Shown here one piece after another: positions 18,265 through 28,208 of a stretch of 64,000 bases of DNA. Position numbers and translations under genes: made by a program. The stretch lies in NCBI GenBank assembly GCA_963668025.2, contig CAXXTH010000017.1:1504001-1568000 (forward strand), written 5' to 3'. Each line of letters begins with the position of its first letter. Within the stretch, counting starts at the first letter, position 1. The notes beneath the pieces are model-generated. The model saw only the letters and a list, made by a program, of their open reading frames with translations. It was not told where the DNA came from and searched no databases. This DNA comes from Candidatus Hydrogenedentota bacterium. GTDB lineage: Bacteria; Hydrogenedentota; Hydrogenedentia; Hydrogenedentales; SLHB01.

Positions 18265-20281
18265 CCCATTTTCCGCAGTAAGGCCGTCTTTTTTCTGGTT
18301 TTGAGCGTCTTTTCGGCTGTAAGTCCTTTGTTGGTCTTGCGTGCTGGTAGGATTTCCGTGTAGTGGCGAAAACCCCCTTGTTACGCGGGCCAGCGCGTGA
18401 GATCATGAGTGCCAGTTGGGAGGCTCTGGCATCGTGTTTCTCAAGCCGAATCGGAAGACCTTCGATGGCGTGACCTACGAGTATTGGTCGCTCGTGGAGT
18501 CGGTGCGCACGGCGAATGGGCCGCGCCAGCGGACGGTGGCCACCATCGGGAAGCTGCCGGGCCTGGATGAGGAAGCGCGGGTGGGCTGGGAGCACATCGG
18601 GGAGATCCTCGATGGCCGGGTGCATCAGCGGGACTTGCTCGAAGTCGAGCCGGAACCGCCGGCGTGGGCGACGGTGGACACGTCTCGGGTGCGGGTGGAA
18701 CGGTTACACCGTTTCGGCGAGGTCTACTTGGGGCTGGCGTTGTGGCGGCGGCTTAAGCTGGATACGTTTTTCGACGAAGCCATGGCGCCAGGCCGCGAGG
18801 AGATCCCGTGGGGCGTAATGGCTTGTATCCTCACGTTGGCGCGGTTCTGCGCGCCGTCGTCGGAGTTGCACATCGCCGAGTCGTGGTATGGCAAGACGGC
18901 CTTGGAGGATATCCTCGACGTGGCGCCGGAGAAGGTGAATGAGGACCGTCTGTACCGGGCTCTCGACGCGCTGCTGCCCCACAAGGACGCGCTCTTCGGT
19001 CACTTCCAGAAGGTCTATGGCGAGCTGTTTGGCGCCACCTTCGACATCCTGCTCTACGACATCACGTCGACGTACTTCGAGGGGCAGGCGGGGGACAACC
19101 CTCAAGCGAAACGAGGCTACTCCCGGGACAAGCGGCCCGATTGCGTGCAGGTCTGCATTGCGCTGGTGGCCACGCCGGAGGGACTTCCCCTGGCCTACGA
19201 GGTCTTCGACGGCAACCGCAGGGACGTGACCACGGTGGAGGAGATGGTGGAGGCCATGCGCACGAAGTACGGCCACGAGCGCCGCACGTGGGTCATGGAC
19301 CGCGGCATGGTGAGCGAGGACAACCTCGAGATGCTGCGCGAGGCCAAGGCGAGCTATCTCGTGGGCACGCCCAAAAGCATGCTCAAACAGTTCGAGCGTG
19401 ACCTCTTGGAACAGGGTTGGGAGCAAGTGGAGCCCGAGGTGGAGGTGAAACTCCGCCCCTCGCCCGAGGACGAAGACGAGACCTTCGTGCTCTGTCGCTC
19501 GCGCGGCCGCATCGAAAAAGAACGGGCCATACGCGAGAAACAGCGCGTGAAGCTCGAGGCTGAACTCAACCGGCTCAAAGCGCGCATCGACGCCGGCACA
19601 CGCGCCCTGCGCGACCGCGGCGCCGCTGAACGCCACGTGGGCCGGTGCTTCCAGAAGTACTCCCGCGCCGCCCGCTTCTTCCAAGTGGCCATCCGCGAAC
19701 AAGACGACCCCAAACACAAAAGCGGCAAGCGCCTCGCCATCGCCATCACCCAAGACCCCGCCCATCGCGAATGGGCCGAACTTACCGACGGCTGCTACCT
19801 GCTGCGCACCAACCTCCAGAACCACGACCCAAAGCAACTCTGGAAAGCCTACATCGGCCTCACGCAGATCGAGGACAGCTTTCGCATCAGCAAGCACGAC
19901 CTCGGCCTCAGGCCCATCTTCCATCACAGAGAACGCCGGACCCAAGCACACATCCTCGTGTGCTTCCTTGCCCTCGTGATGTGGCGGACTCTCCAGCAAT
20001 GGATGGACGGCGCCGGCCTCGGCGCCGCGCCCCGAAAACTCCTCGAAGAGATGGCCGAAGTCCGTTCCTTGGACGTGGTCTTGCCTACCGGCCAAGGCAC
20101 AGAGTTACGCCTGCGCACCGTCAGCAAGCCCGAGCAGCGCCTCGCGCTCCTACTCCAGAAACTCGACCTTCCCCTGCCCAATAAACCAAAGTCGATCCCA
20201 AATGTAGTGGCGAAAACCCGCCGAAATCTCCAATTTTCCTAGAAAACGCCAACCTCCTTTGCCTCAACTGCGGAAAATGGG
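18265..20281 (+). mobile_element. IS1634 family insertion sequence
   Basis: Terminal IRs CCCATTTTCCGCAGT / ACTGCGGAAAATGGG; TTAG duplicated at 18261-18264 and 20282-20285; subterminal direct repeat GTAGTGGCGAAAACCC. Confidence 0.92.
18434..20242 (+). CDS. IS1634 family transposase
   Basis: YWSLVESVR, LYDITSTYFEG, GYSRDKRPDC, VMDRGM, IEDSFRISKHDLGLRPIFH, AHILVCFLA. Confidence 0.93.
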   Translation: MFLKPNRKTFDGVTYEYWSLVESVRTANGPRQRTVATIGKLPGLDEEARVGWEHIGEILDGRVHQRDLLEVEPEPPAWATVDTSRVRVERLHRFGEVYLGLALWRRLKLDTFFDEAMAPGREEIPWGVMACILTLARFCAPSSELHIAESWYGKTALEDILDVAPEKVNEDRLYRALDALLPHKDALFGHFQKVYGELFGATFDILLYDITSTYFEGQAGDNPQAKRGYSRDKRPDCVQVCIALVATPEGLPLAYEVFDGNRRDVTTVEEMVEAMRTKYGHERRTWVMDRGMVSEDNLEMLREAKASYLVGTPKSMLKQFERDLLEQGWEQVEPEVEVKLRPSPEDEDETFVLCRSRGRIEKERAIREKQRVKLEAELNRLKARIDAGTRALRDRGAAERHVGRCFQKYSRAARFFQVAIREQDDPKHKSGKRLAIAITQDPAHREWAELTDGCYLLRTNLQNHDPKQLWKAYIGLTQIEDSFRISKHDLGLRPIFHHRERRTQAHILVCFLALVMWRTLQQWMDGAGLGAAPRKLLEEMAEVRSLDVVLPTGQGTELRLRTVSKPEQRLALLLQKLDLPLPNKPKSIPNVVAKTRRNLQFS

Positions 20282-20909
20282 TTAGTTGCGGCGCCATATC
20301 ATATGCACGCATGGAATAGTCCAAATGGGCCTTTATAATCCCTTGGCGATAAGGTGAATAGGTGGAAAACAACTGCTCATAAGCGGCATCGATTTCCGGC
20401 ATAGTCGGCTTGAATTCTGTTTTGAGGCTGAACACCTCCGTGAGTATGCGGGCAATTTCAACATCCGCCCAATACGCAATTTTCTCCTCTTTGTCGGCTG
20501 AAATACCTTTAACTTCTTTAATGCTTCGTAATGTGTCAATCGCCTTACGTGGCTCGTCATCTGATAAGTATGCAGCAGCCAAACTAGAAAGTAGATGAGC
20601 GTAGACTTCAGGATCACAGGCTTGATATTCTTTGCTAATCGTTTCGAGCTTCAGTATCGCTTCTCCATCCTTTGAGTGTTTTTTGGCGCTTTTAGCATCT
20701 TCATACAACTTTTTGAAATGCTCATCTTGTCCAATCAGTTTTTGTGCTGATTCATGCGTGATATTATGAAGATTGCTTAGACCAGGAGATGAATAAGCAG
20801 TAAAACAAGTCAAAATGCTTACCGCGATTAGGGGAACAAAACCCTTATTATTGAAAAAAGTGTCCATTTTTTGTTCCTTTCGTATAGGTAAATATTCTTT
20901 ATAATTTTG

Positions 20910-22437
20910 GTAACACTTTAGCCGACTGAAGTGTTTTCCGGTGGCAGGGGAGGCAATTGGCCGGTGTTGAGGTAGTGGACCAGGGCGTTGCAGACGGTGC
21001 AGACGGGGTTTTGCCCGCGTTTTTTCAAAGTAAAGAAGACGCTCATGAGCACCGCTTGTATGGCGGCTCCTTGGTCGCTGCGGTTGCAGTAACTGTTTTT
21101 GCGCAGGATAACGGCAGGACGGATGGAGCGTTCCGCCAAGTTGTTGTCGAAGGGAACATCTGATTGGCCGAGAAAAGTGAAGAGTTCATCCTGGTGTCGG
21201 CGCAGCCTTTTTATGAGGCGCTTGGCGTTGGCGTCCTCCCAGGGCGTATCGCACAAGTCCCGCAAGCGCCGGGCGAAGCGCGCGCGGCGCGAGTCGTACG
21301 CCTCCGGTTCGAGCTCGCCGCGCCGCCGCCACAGCCGGATGGCGTCGGCAATCAGGCGGCGCAGCTTTTTGGCGAAGGCGGGCCAGGCCGGGCTGGGCGA
21401 TTTGTATTTCTCCACGTGCTCGAGTTCGCGCAACAAATGCACGAGGCACTTCTGCCGGGCGGCGCACGCCACGGCGTTGTACGCGGCCCAGAAGTCGGCC
21501 ACCAGCGTTCCGGCGAATTCCCGCGTGAAGAACTGCTGGAGCGCCGGACTCCCCCGCGAATGGTCGATCAGGAAAAAGCTCAGCCCTTTGGTGGCGAAAC
21601 ACCACAGCCATCGGGTCTTGCCATTCACGCGCCAGCCGGTCTCGTCGGCGTTGAGCACCGCCGAGTCCAGCGCTTCCTGGTGAATGGCCTCGTACCAAGG
21701 CAGGAGAATCTCCGCCAGCCTGCGCCACATGTGCAGCAGCCCGCCCGGCGTGACCTGGAAAAGCAGGTGGAAATCGAAGACCTCCACGATTTGCGAAAGC
21801 GTGTTGCCCAACACATAGTGCAGCCACGCGCTGAGGACCAGCACCCGGTTGCCCAGGGTCGCGCCCGGCAAGGCCGCCGCCACAACCGGCTCGACTTTCT
21901 TCTTGCATCGCGGACACCAGTCGCGGTGAATGGTATGCTCGGTGATTTCCGGACGGATGCCTTCGGGTATGTCTTCGGTGTAGCGCGTGCGGGTCTCCGC
22001 GCGGCGGTCCAGCGGCCCGCCGCAGTCGGGACACACCTTGGTGCGGTGTGTTTCACGCCGGTCGATACGTTCGGGCGGCACGCGCCGGCTGCCGGGGTGG
22101 CCCATCTTGCGTCCCGGCTTTTTCTTGCCGCGCACAGGCGTCTGGGGTTTCCCGTAAACTGGCTGCATGCCCGAAGGGGTGGAGGGCGTTTGGTGGGAAG
22201 TGAACGCCGCCTCGGCCTGCTGCTCCGACAGCAGCTTGGATTGCGCCAACAGGGCAAACACCACGGCATCTTCGCCCAATGCGTAGATCGCTCGGGCTTG
22301 CTCCTCCGAGAGCAGCGGTCCCAATGGAATGCCACTTATTGCCGTCGCCATGGCGTCTTGGCCCAAAACCACAACATCTTGTAACTATATTATACCGAAA
22401 CGCTACTTATAGTTGCGCCAGACGGCTAAAGTGTTAC
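20910..22437 (-). mobile_element. IS66 family (single-ORF, ISBst12-like) insertion sequence
   Basis: 15-bp IRs GTAACACTTTAGCCG / CGGCTAAAGTGTTAC; 8-bp TSD TAATTTTG at 20902-20909 and 22438-22445. Confidence 0.93.
20918..22372 (-). CDS. IS66 family transposase
   Basis: STPS, CPDCG/CPRC zinc finger, ADETGW, QKCLVHLLRE, DNNLAERSIRPAV. Confidence 0.93.
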   Translation of the reverse strand: MVLGQDAMATAISGIPLGPLLSEEQARAIYALGEDAVVFALLAQSKLLSEQQAEAAFTSHQTPSTPSGMQPVYGKPQTPVRGKKKPGRKMGHPGSRRVPPERIDRRETHRTKVCPDCGGPLDRRAETRTRYTEDIPEGIRPEITEHTIHRDWCPRCKKKVEPVVAAALPGATLGNRVLVLSAWLHYVLGNTLSQIVEVFDFHLLFQVTPGGLLHMWRRLAEILLPWYEAIHQEALDSAVLNADETGWRVNGKTRWLWCFATKGLSFFLIDHSRGSPALQQFFTREFAGTLVADFWAAYNAVACAARQKCLVHLLRELEHVEKYKSPSPAWPAFAKKLRRLIADAIRLWRRRGELEPEAYDSRRARFARRLRDLCDTPWEDANAKRLIKRLRRHQDELFTFLGQSDVPFDNNLAERSIRPAVILRKNSYCNRSDQGAAIQAVLMSVFFTLKKRGQNPVCTVCNALVHYLNTGQLPPLPPENTSVG

Positions 22438-22450
22438 TAATTTTGTTTAA

Positions 22451-24141
22451 CCTAAAAAAGGCAGTAGGAGCTTGCTTTGGGATTTTTCCAGCCCAATTTT
22501 GTAAAGAAATAACTGTCCTGTCCCGCTCTTTACGTTGGCGCCGGCAGCAGGTTGGGGGTGGCCAGCGGCCTTCCCTCGAGTATTTTGGCGAAGATCCGGC
22601 TGAGGATCGTCCGCCATCGTTCGTTCCAGTTCAACTGCCGCGCAGTTGCTTTCACCTCCAATAAAAAGGCGTTTACGGATTTCAGAACTTGTTCCATAGC
22701 ATGTCCTTGCGCATGCACGGGGGTGATGGTGAGCGTGGTTTGGCCTCCGTGGCGGGTCTGCTGTCCCACACCATACAGCAGCAGAGGGCGGCTTGTGATC
22801 GCTTCGGCGTGGCGCTCCGGAATCGCCAAGCGCACGTACAAAGACCACCAATTGTAAATCAGGGCTATGATTCGCGCCATGATTTGGCAGCGCTTCATAT
22901 CGTGGGTGGTATACCCGCCCCACCCCCACTGGTTTTTCTGTTCATCGTAGATGTTTTCCGCATCGCCCCGGTCGCGATAATGCTGGGCCAAGGCCGATAG
23001 GGGGCCTGTCAGCGAAGTGGCCAGCACCGCGTATTCATACTGCTGCACGGCTCCCGCTTGGATCTCAATGAGCTGTAGTTGGGGGGAGGGGTCAGGCAAT
23101 AGCGGCTCCGTTTCCAGAACGATACTCCCTTTGAGCTTGCGCCGCAGAACGATTACCCGGCGTTTGCTCGTCCATCCCATAAGCTCCAGACGGTCTTCCA
23201 AACCTTCCCAGCCTTGGCCTGCTGGCGTCCAGTCCTTAGAACAAAAGGCCTGCTGGATAAGCCGTTTCACGTTGCTGGTCTGCCGCAATTTGAACAGATA
23301 GGGCACTCCGCGCGCTTCGGCTTCGCTCATGTCGCGTTCGTTGCCGAAGGCGCAGTCGCCGCGAATCATGCCCGGCCAGGCCGCGCGCGGCAAGCCATCG
23401 AGAAAATGCCACAATCCAGGCATGGTGTATTTCGCCGCCGTCTCGTTGCCCGGCCGGACTTCCACGTCCAGCACCAAGCGCGTGTTCGCCATAAAATAGG
23501 TATGCAGCACATGAGAAGGACGGCCCTGTTTCGCCGGATTGTAGCCCAGCACGGCCCCTTCTTGATGGCCGAACAGGGGCTTCACGCTTGTATCCACGTC
23601 CAAAATCCAAGGCTCATAAAGCAACGGCTCATAACAGCGGCGCAGGTGCTTCTGTAGCCAGCCCGCGCAGGCTTCCCCGTCCGCCAGTATAAATGCCCGC
23701 CGCGCCGAGGAGGCGCTCATGATCTTGCTCATACCCAGCAAGCCCGGGTTCACCGCGTCGTAACGGACCGCGTCAATGTGCGCATAGCGGGTGTGGCCCG
23801 CCAGCACTGATAAAAATAGCGTGCCCAGCACATCCCTCTTGCGCGGCGCATTATTGCTGGCGTACGCCAGCGGACAGTCCTCCACCCACGCTTCAAAAAA
23901 CTCCGCCGTCTTGAGAAAATCGATAAAGAACGCCAACTGGCCAAACGGCGTCGTTGCCGCCTCCCGGTCCCATTCCACATGCACCCGGCCCCCGTAGCTA
24001 TCTACGAAAATCGGCACCTCCAAAGACAACCATTCCTCCTCTCCCAATGGGGGAGCATCTTGCTGTTGCGATTCTGTTTCCATGTTCATTATTTTGAACT
24101 ACTTCCAGCTCGACACTCAAGATTCAACTGGCGTTTTTAGG
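22451..24141 (-). mobile_element. IS1380 family insertion sequence
   Basis: Imperfect IRs CCTAAAAAAGGCAGT / ACTGGCGTTTTTAGG; TTTAA duplicated at 22446-22450 and 24142-24146. Confidence 0.85.
22530..24089 (-). CDS. IS1380 family transposase
   Basis: ILDVDTS...FGHQEGAVLGYNP, IRGDCAFG, YRDRGDAENIYDEQKNQWG. Confidence 0.88.
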   Translation of the reverse strand: MNMETESQQQDAPPLGEEEWLSLEVPIFVDSYGGRVHVEWDREAATTPFGQLAFFIDFLKTAEFFEAWVEDCPLAYASNNAPRKRDVLGTLFLSVLAGHTRYAHIDAVRYDAVNPGLLGMSKIMSASSARRAFILADGEACAGWLQKHLRRCYEPLLYEPWILDVDTSVKPLFGHQEGAVLGYNPAKQGRPSHVLHTYFMANTRLVLDVEVRPGNETAAKYTMPGLWHFLDGLPRAAWPGMIRGDCAFGNERDMSEAEARGVPYLFKLRQTSNVKRLIQQAFCSKDWTPAGQGWEGLEDRLELMGWTSKRRVIVLRRKLKGSIVLETEPLLPDPSPQLQLIEIQAGAVQQYEYAVLATSLTGPLSALAQHYRDRGDAENIYDEQKNQWGWGGYTTHDMKRCQIMARIIALIYNWWSLYVRLAIPERHAEAITSRPLLLYGVGQQTRHGGQTTLTITPVHAQGHAMEQVLKSVNAFLLEVKATARQLNWNERWRTILSRIFAKILEGRPLATPNLLPAPT

Positions 24142-24197
24142 TTTAAAGTGAGTAAATCGGTTTGCTTTATATAACTTCTTTTGTAGGCTAAGCTCGA

Positions 24198-24935
24198 CTA
24201 GAATGTATCTACTTCTAGTTTTTCACGATTCTCTGTTCGATTCTTGATATGCTCACCGTTCATTCTTTCTCTATTGATTGCTTTAATACCATCTATTTTT
24301 CCGTAAAATTCTTTTAAAGAAGGATCGTCTCTAACAATATCTAGTGCCCTTTCGGCATTTTCTGTGCCAGATAAACCCATACATAATAGTGTAACTTCTT
24401 TTGTACTTCGTACGATATCTAATTTAGTGTTTTTGTCTACTTCGTCAGAAAACGTTATCGGGTTAGTATTCCAATATTCAGGTGTAAGCATTTTCCGCAA
24501 ATAGTTTAAAGAATTTTCGTCACCTAGAAATCCTAAAGCACCAATATAGTTATTGAGTGACAGACGCACATCAGTTGAAAAAGGTAAACTAAAACACTTT
24601 TCTATGCGCGAAATACATATAGGGCCAACTCTTTTGTCTTTTGTTTTCCCTAGATAAAATGCTATTTTACATTTATTATAATCATTGTCAGTTTTTTCAT
24701 CTTGTAAAATCGCAATCAAATCGGACCGAGTTGCTTCATCGCATGAAACAGCGAATTGTTCTGCTTCTTCTTCACCGTTGGATTTTGAATTCGGAGAAAA
24801 GTCATATTCTTTGTCTAGTTGGAAAGTTTTATGGGGTATTACATTTTCTTCAGCGCTTATACTAAAATTTATAAGTAAAAAAAGAAAGGTCAAAAACAAA
24901 GTAATGCCATAGATATTCTTTATGCCTTTTTTCAT
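24198..24935 (-). CDS. Secreted helical (HEAT-like) hypothetical protein, partner copy A
   Basis: Signal peptide (ISA-EE); paralog of 26277-27011 (DKEYDFS, EQFA, YLGKT, TPEYW); low GC. Confidence 0.75.
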   Translation of the reverse strand: MKKGIKNIYGITLFLTFLFLLINFSISAEENVIPHKTFQLDKEYDFSPNSKSNGEEEAEQFAVSCDEATRSDLIAILQDEKTDNDYNKCKIAFYLGKTKDKRVGPICISRIEKCFSLPFSTDVRLSLNNYIGALGFLGDENSLNYLRKMLTPEYWNTNPITFSDEVDKNTKLDIVRSTKEVTLLCMGLSGTENAERALDIVRDDPSLKEFYGKIDGIKAINRERMNGEHIKNRTENREKLEVDTF

Positions 24936-24985
24936 GACTAATACTCCGTTTGTAAAATTTACGTGCAAACACTAGCATTGCTTAT

Positions 24986-26176
24986 TCATCTGTGATTCAC
25001 TAAAGCACTGCATTGACACGGTAAAATATACTTTTGGCAGTCACCATACAATTCGTTTATCTGAGGCATCATTACATTTAGTGGATGAGCTGAAGGAACA
25101 CAGTTTTCGTTATCATCGCCAACATCTTTGAGCCCCGCTGTATGTATATATTCATGTGCAAGTACAATATTCGCTGGTTTATTAGCATCAATTAATCCCG
25201 CGCTCAAGATGATATTATCTTGTCCTATTGTAGCGAGCCCCACAATTCCGTTAGGAAAATAAACTTCTCCATCCCAGAGAATCATGTTTACTAATTTTAC
25301 GTTACTAGACACGCTGTAAAGGACACGATTTAGCTCATTAGTATCGTCAATAATGTCTAGAGTTAGCACCACATACGTTAAGCGCTCTGTATCAAAGATC
25401 AAGACATTTGTAAAAGTATTCATTGTTCCTGTTAACTTTATACCAGTGCAGCAGTGTGTATCATCATATTTCCTGCCCTGGTTTTGATTAATATTTTCGT
25501 TTTCATCATCTGCTAGATACACAGTAGTTGCATCATCGAAATTTTCTTCCCAAGTAGAAAAATTCTCCGATGATAACGAAGAATGCTTAGCTATGGTGTA
25601 ATCTTCATAAGGTGGAGCAACTACATCAAACGTATAATGATCTCCACTACTGCTTCCATCGTAGGCCGTCGTTGCTTCCATTCGATAAGCGAGTACGTAG
25701 CAAGTATCACCAGGCTCAGAAGGCGTACGTACGATACAATTCTCATTATAAGTACCATAATAACCTACAATATATGAACTGGAATCACCCCAGACCATCC
25801 ATGTAACTTTTTTATCAGTGTTCCGTGCAAACAAGCAGGAATTTGGACCCCGAGGATCTGCAGCGCAACGATCTGGTGCACAAAAACTGCAAACAGCTAA
25901 ATCTAGATCATCGCCCCCAGTTGCAGTGATAACAATATCTGAGCCTGCGCATACATTAATTGGTTCGCTAATCGAAAAAGTGGTAGGAGGAAAAAGAACA
26001 TTGGGAACACTTCGTGTAGTGCATTCTGGTAAAGCAGCGAAATCATCAGCAAACAATTTGCTACTAATCAAAGCAAGAATATAACATAATATTAGATATT
26101 TATTAAGGGGGGATAGAAAAAGCAAGCGCAGTTTAGTAAAATAACAGAAAATGCGAAAATAACTCTTGAAAGACAT
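24986..26176 (-). CDS. Secreted Cys-rich putative zinc metallopeptidase, copy A
   Basis: Signal peptide; HEYIHTAGLKD (HExxHxxGxxD) at 25124-25156 followed by LNVMMP Met-turn. Confidence 0.75.
   Translation of the reverse strand: MSFKSYFRIFCYFTKLRLLFLSPLNKYLILCYILALISSKLFADDFAALPECTTRSVPNVLFPPTTFSISEPINVCAGSDIVITATGGDDLDLAVCSFCAPDRCAADPRGPNSCLFARNTDKKVTWMVWGDSSSYIVGYYGTYNENCIVRTPSEPGDTCYVLAYRMEATTAYDGSSSGDHYTFDVVAPPYEDYTIAKHSSLSSENFSTWEENFDDATTVYLADDENENINQNQGRKYDDTHCCTGIKLTGTMNTFTNVLIFDTERLTYVVLTLDIIDDTNELNRVLYSVSSNVKLVNMILWDGEVYFPNGIVGLATIGQDNIILSAGLIDANKPANIVLAHEYIHTAGLKDVGDDNENCVPSAHPLNVMMPQINELYGDCQKYILPCQCSALVNHR
25592..26061. repeat. 470-bp direct repeat, copy A (partner at 27644-28113)
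   Basis: Near-identical DNA at a constant offset of 2052 bp. Confidence 0.9.
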
Positions 26177-26276
26177 GCTATGTCTCCTAGATTTATCGGT
26201 TTCTCTAGAACTGAACTCTCGTGACGACTATTCTCTTTTATTCAGCCTAAGTTTTCATCGGCATACTGGAGTAAAA

Positions 26277-27011
26277 TCATTTAAAGGCAGGAGCATACTT
26301 TCCTCTTTCATTTAGATGCTCGGAACGCATACGCATCTCATTTTCTCCTTTTGCCGAAAAAATTACATTTTTTATATCATCTAGATGCGGTTCGTTTTCC
26401 ATGCTATCAAGTTCTATTTGGGCAAGCTTCGTACCAGAATAAGAAATGCAATGAACTGAATATTTTCTCATCTGTTTAATGAATTTCAATCTCTCATTAT
26501 TATCGGTAGAATCACTTGTAGATGTAACAGATATAGATAAATTGCCCCAATATTCAGGTGTTGCCATTTTGTGAAGATAGGCAAGGGATTCTTTTGTGCT
26601 TAGAAAACCCATTCCGATCATTGCTCCCTTCATGTCTTCTTTTACTTTATGAGTGAATTGTTCCTTTTGCCATCGTTCAATGCAAGTAACTAAGGCGGGA
26701 TATACATCAGAATTACAAGTTTTACCCAAATAGTAAGCAAGTTTTGACTTGTTAAAATCATTATCGGATTCTTTATCTGCAAGAATAGCGATTAACGATT
26801 TTCTAGTATCACCATCACAATTCTGGGCAAATTGTTCCGATTCATCTTCTGACAAAGAAAGAAAATCTGAAGAAAAGTCATATTCTTTGTCAAGATATAT
26901 TTTTTGTAAGCTATGAGTCGTTTCATTTTGGTTTTCTGCATAAATAGGATGACTTTGTAGTAAACTCCAAAGAGAAATTATGGCGATGAAGTATCTGTTT
27001 GTAATATTCAT
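26277..27011 (-). CDS. Secreted helical (HEAT-like) hypothetical protein, partner copy B
   Basis: Signal peptide (IYA-EN); AAAGGA RBS; paralog of 24198-24935. Confidence 0.75.
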   Translation of the reverse strand: MNITNRYFIAIISLWSLLQSHPIYAENQNETTHSLQKIYLDKEYDFSSDFLSLSEDESEQFAQNCDGDTRKSLIAILADKESDNDFNKSKLAYYLGKTCNSDVYPALVTCIERWQKEQFTHKVKEDMKGAMIGMGFLSTKESLAYLHKMATPEYWGNLSISVTSTSDSTDNNERLKFIKQMRKYSVHCISYSGTKLAQIELDSMENEPHLDDIKNVIFSAKGENEMRMRSEHLNERGKYAPAFK

Positions 27012-27061
27012 TTGAAATATCCTTTCAAGGACATGATGAAACATCTATTTGTTCGTTTACT

Positions 27062-28189
27062 CTAGCGATGTAAAATTAGCGCTTCGCATTGACAAGGTAG
27101 TAAATATGTATTCTGATCGCCTAAACAAATACTTTGAAGGAAATTTCTTGCATGGGCAACAGGTATGCAGGCTTGGCCAGCTTTTCCCACATGATAGAGA
27201 CCAGCGGTATGACCATATTCGTGAGCGATTGTTTGGGCTATACCAGACGGATAATTTGCGTCAATAACCATATTATCTATACCGGTTCTAGTGCAACCAC
27301 CACAATTTGTTACAGGACCATCACAGTAATCAATTTCATCAACCAATTTTACATTTTCTCCTATACTGAAAATGGCAAATTGCTCTCCCATATCTTCGAT
27401 TATATCTAGGCCATCTATAGGAAAAAATCCCTCTGGACCAATATATACAGAAATATCTTCAAATGTGTTCATAACCGGTAACAGACCTAGTCTAATACCA
27501 GTGCAGCAGTGAATATCGTTATACTTAATGTCCTGGTTTTGATTAATATTTTCGTTTTCGTCATCTTTGAGAAAGACCTGAGTTGCATCGGAGAATTTTT
27601 CCACCCAATCATTAATATTTACGAATAATGATTCATGCGCAGTTATGGTGTAATCTTCATACGGTGGAGCAACTACATTAAACGTATCATAATCCCCATT
27701 ACTGCCTCCATCGTAGGCCGTCGTTGCTTCCATTCGATAAGCGAGTACGTGGCAAGTATCACCAGGCTCAGAAGGCGTACGTATGATACAATTTTGATTA
27801 TAACTACCATAATAACCTACAACATACGAACTGGAATCACCCCAGACCAACCAAATAACTTTTTTATCGCTGTTCAGTGCAAACAAGCAGGAATTTGGAC
27901 CCCGAGGATCTGCAGCGCAACGATCTGGTGCACAAAAGCCGCAAACAGCTAAATCCAGATCATCGCCCCCAGTTGCAGTGATAACAATATCTGAGCCTGC
28001 GCATACATTAATTGGTTCGCTAATCGAAAAAGTGGTAGGAGAAAAAAGAACATTGGGAACACTTCGTGTAGTGCATTCTGGTAAAGCAGCGAAATCATCA
28101 GCAAACAATTTGCCACTAATTGAGAAAAGTAGAACACAAAAAACGAGGTATTTTTCAAGAAAATAGGTAATTCTTTTTTGCGCACTCAT
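27062..28189 (-). CDS. Secreted Cys-rich putative zinc metallopeptidase, copy B
   Basis: Signal peptide; HEYGHTAGLYH (HExxHxxGxxH) at 27191-27223. Confidence 0.78.
   Translation of the reverse strand: MSAQKRITYFLEKYLVFCVLLFSISGKLFADDFAALPECTTRSVPNVLFSPTTFSISEPINVCAGSDIVITATGGDDLDLAVCGFCAPDRCAADPRGPNSCLFALNSDKKVIWLVWGDSSSYVVGYYGSYNQNCIIRTPSEPGDTCHVLAYRMEATTAYDGGSNGDYDTFNVVAPPYEDYTITAHESLFVNINDWVEKFSDATQVFLKDDENENINQNQDIKYNDIHCCTGIRLGLLPVMNTFEDISVYIGPEGFFPIDGLDIIEDMGEQFAIFSIGENVKLVDEIDYCDGPVTNCGGCTRTGIDNMVIDANYPSGIAQTIAHEYGHTAGLYHVGKAGQACIPVAHARNFLQSICLGDQNTYLLPCQCEALILHR
27644..28113. repeat. 470-bp direct repeat, copy B
   Basis: Matches 25592-26061. Confidence 0.9.
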
Positions 28190-28198
28190 ATTTGCGGA

Positions 28199-28208
28199 GG
28201 GGGGGGGG
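28199..28208 (-). repeat. C10 homopolymer between a strong RBS/ATG and the peptidase B ORF
   Basis: Minus strand reads AAGGAGG-CTTGTC-ATG TCA GGA TCT A C10 TCCGCAAATATGA. Confidence 0.8.

Larger units (their letters stand above)
17869..20867 (-). pseudogene. Secreted helical (TPR-like) protein of about 325 aa interrupted by IS1634
   Basis: Removing the IS and one TTAG copy joins ...YDMAPQL (20282-20867) in frame to KDSRYYLVAWEHLQEV... (17869-18260), giving a 978-nt open frame. Confidence 0.85.

Noticed and set aside
20121-20281. C-terminus of ORF 20121-20867
   Set aside because: Read-through into the IS1634 end; the true C-terminus is 17869-18260.
18704-22384. Long antisense and alternative-frame ORFs over the transposases (e.g. 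18704-20095, 21164-22384)
   Set aside because: Shadow ORFs of GC-rich genes with clear family motifs on the other strand; the same applies to most short ORFs in the track.
25592-28113. Diversity-generating retroelement TR/VR pair
   Set aside because: No reverse transcriptase in the window, both copies lie in N-terminal coding regions, and differences did not appear restricted to adenines.
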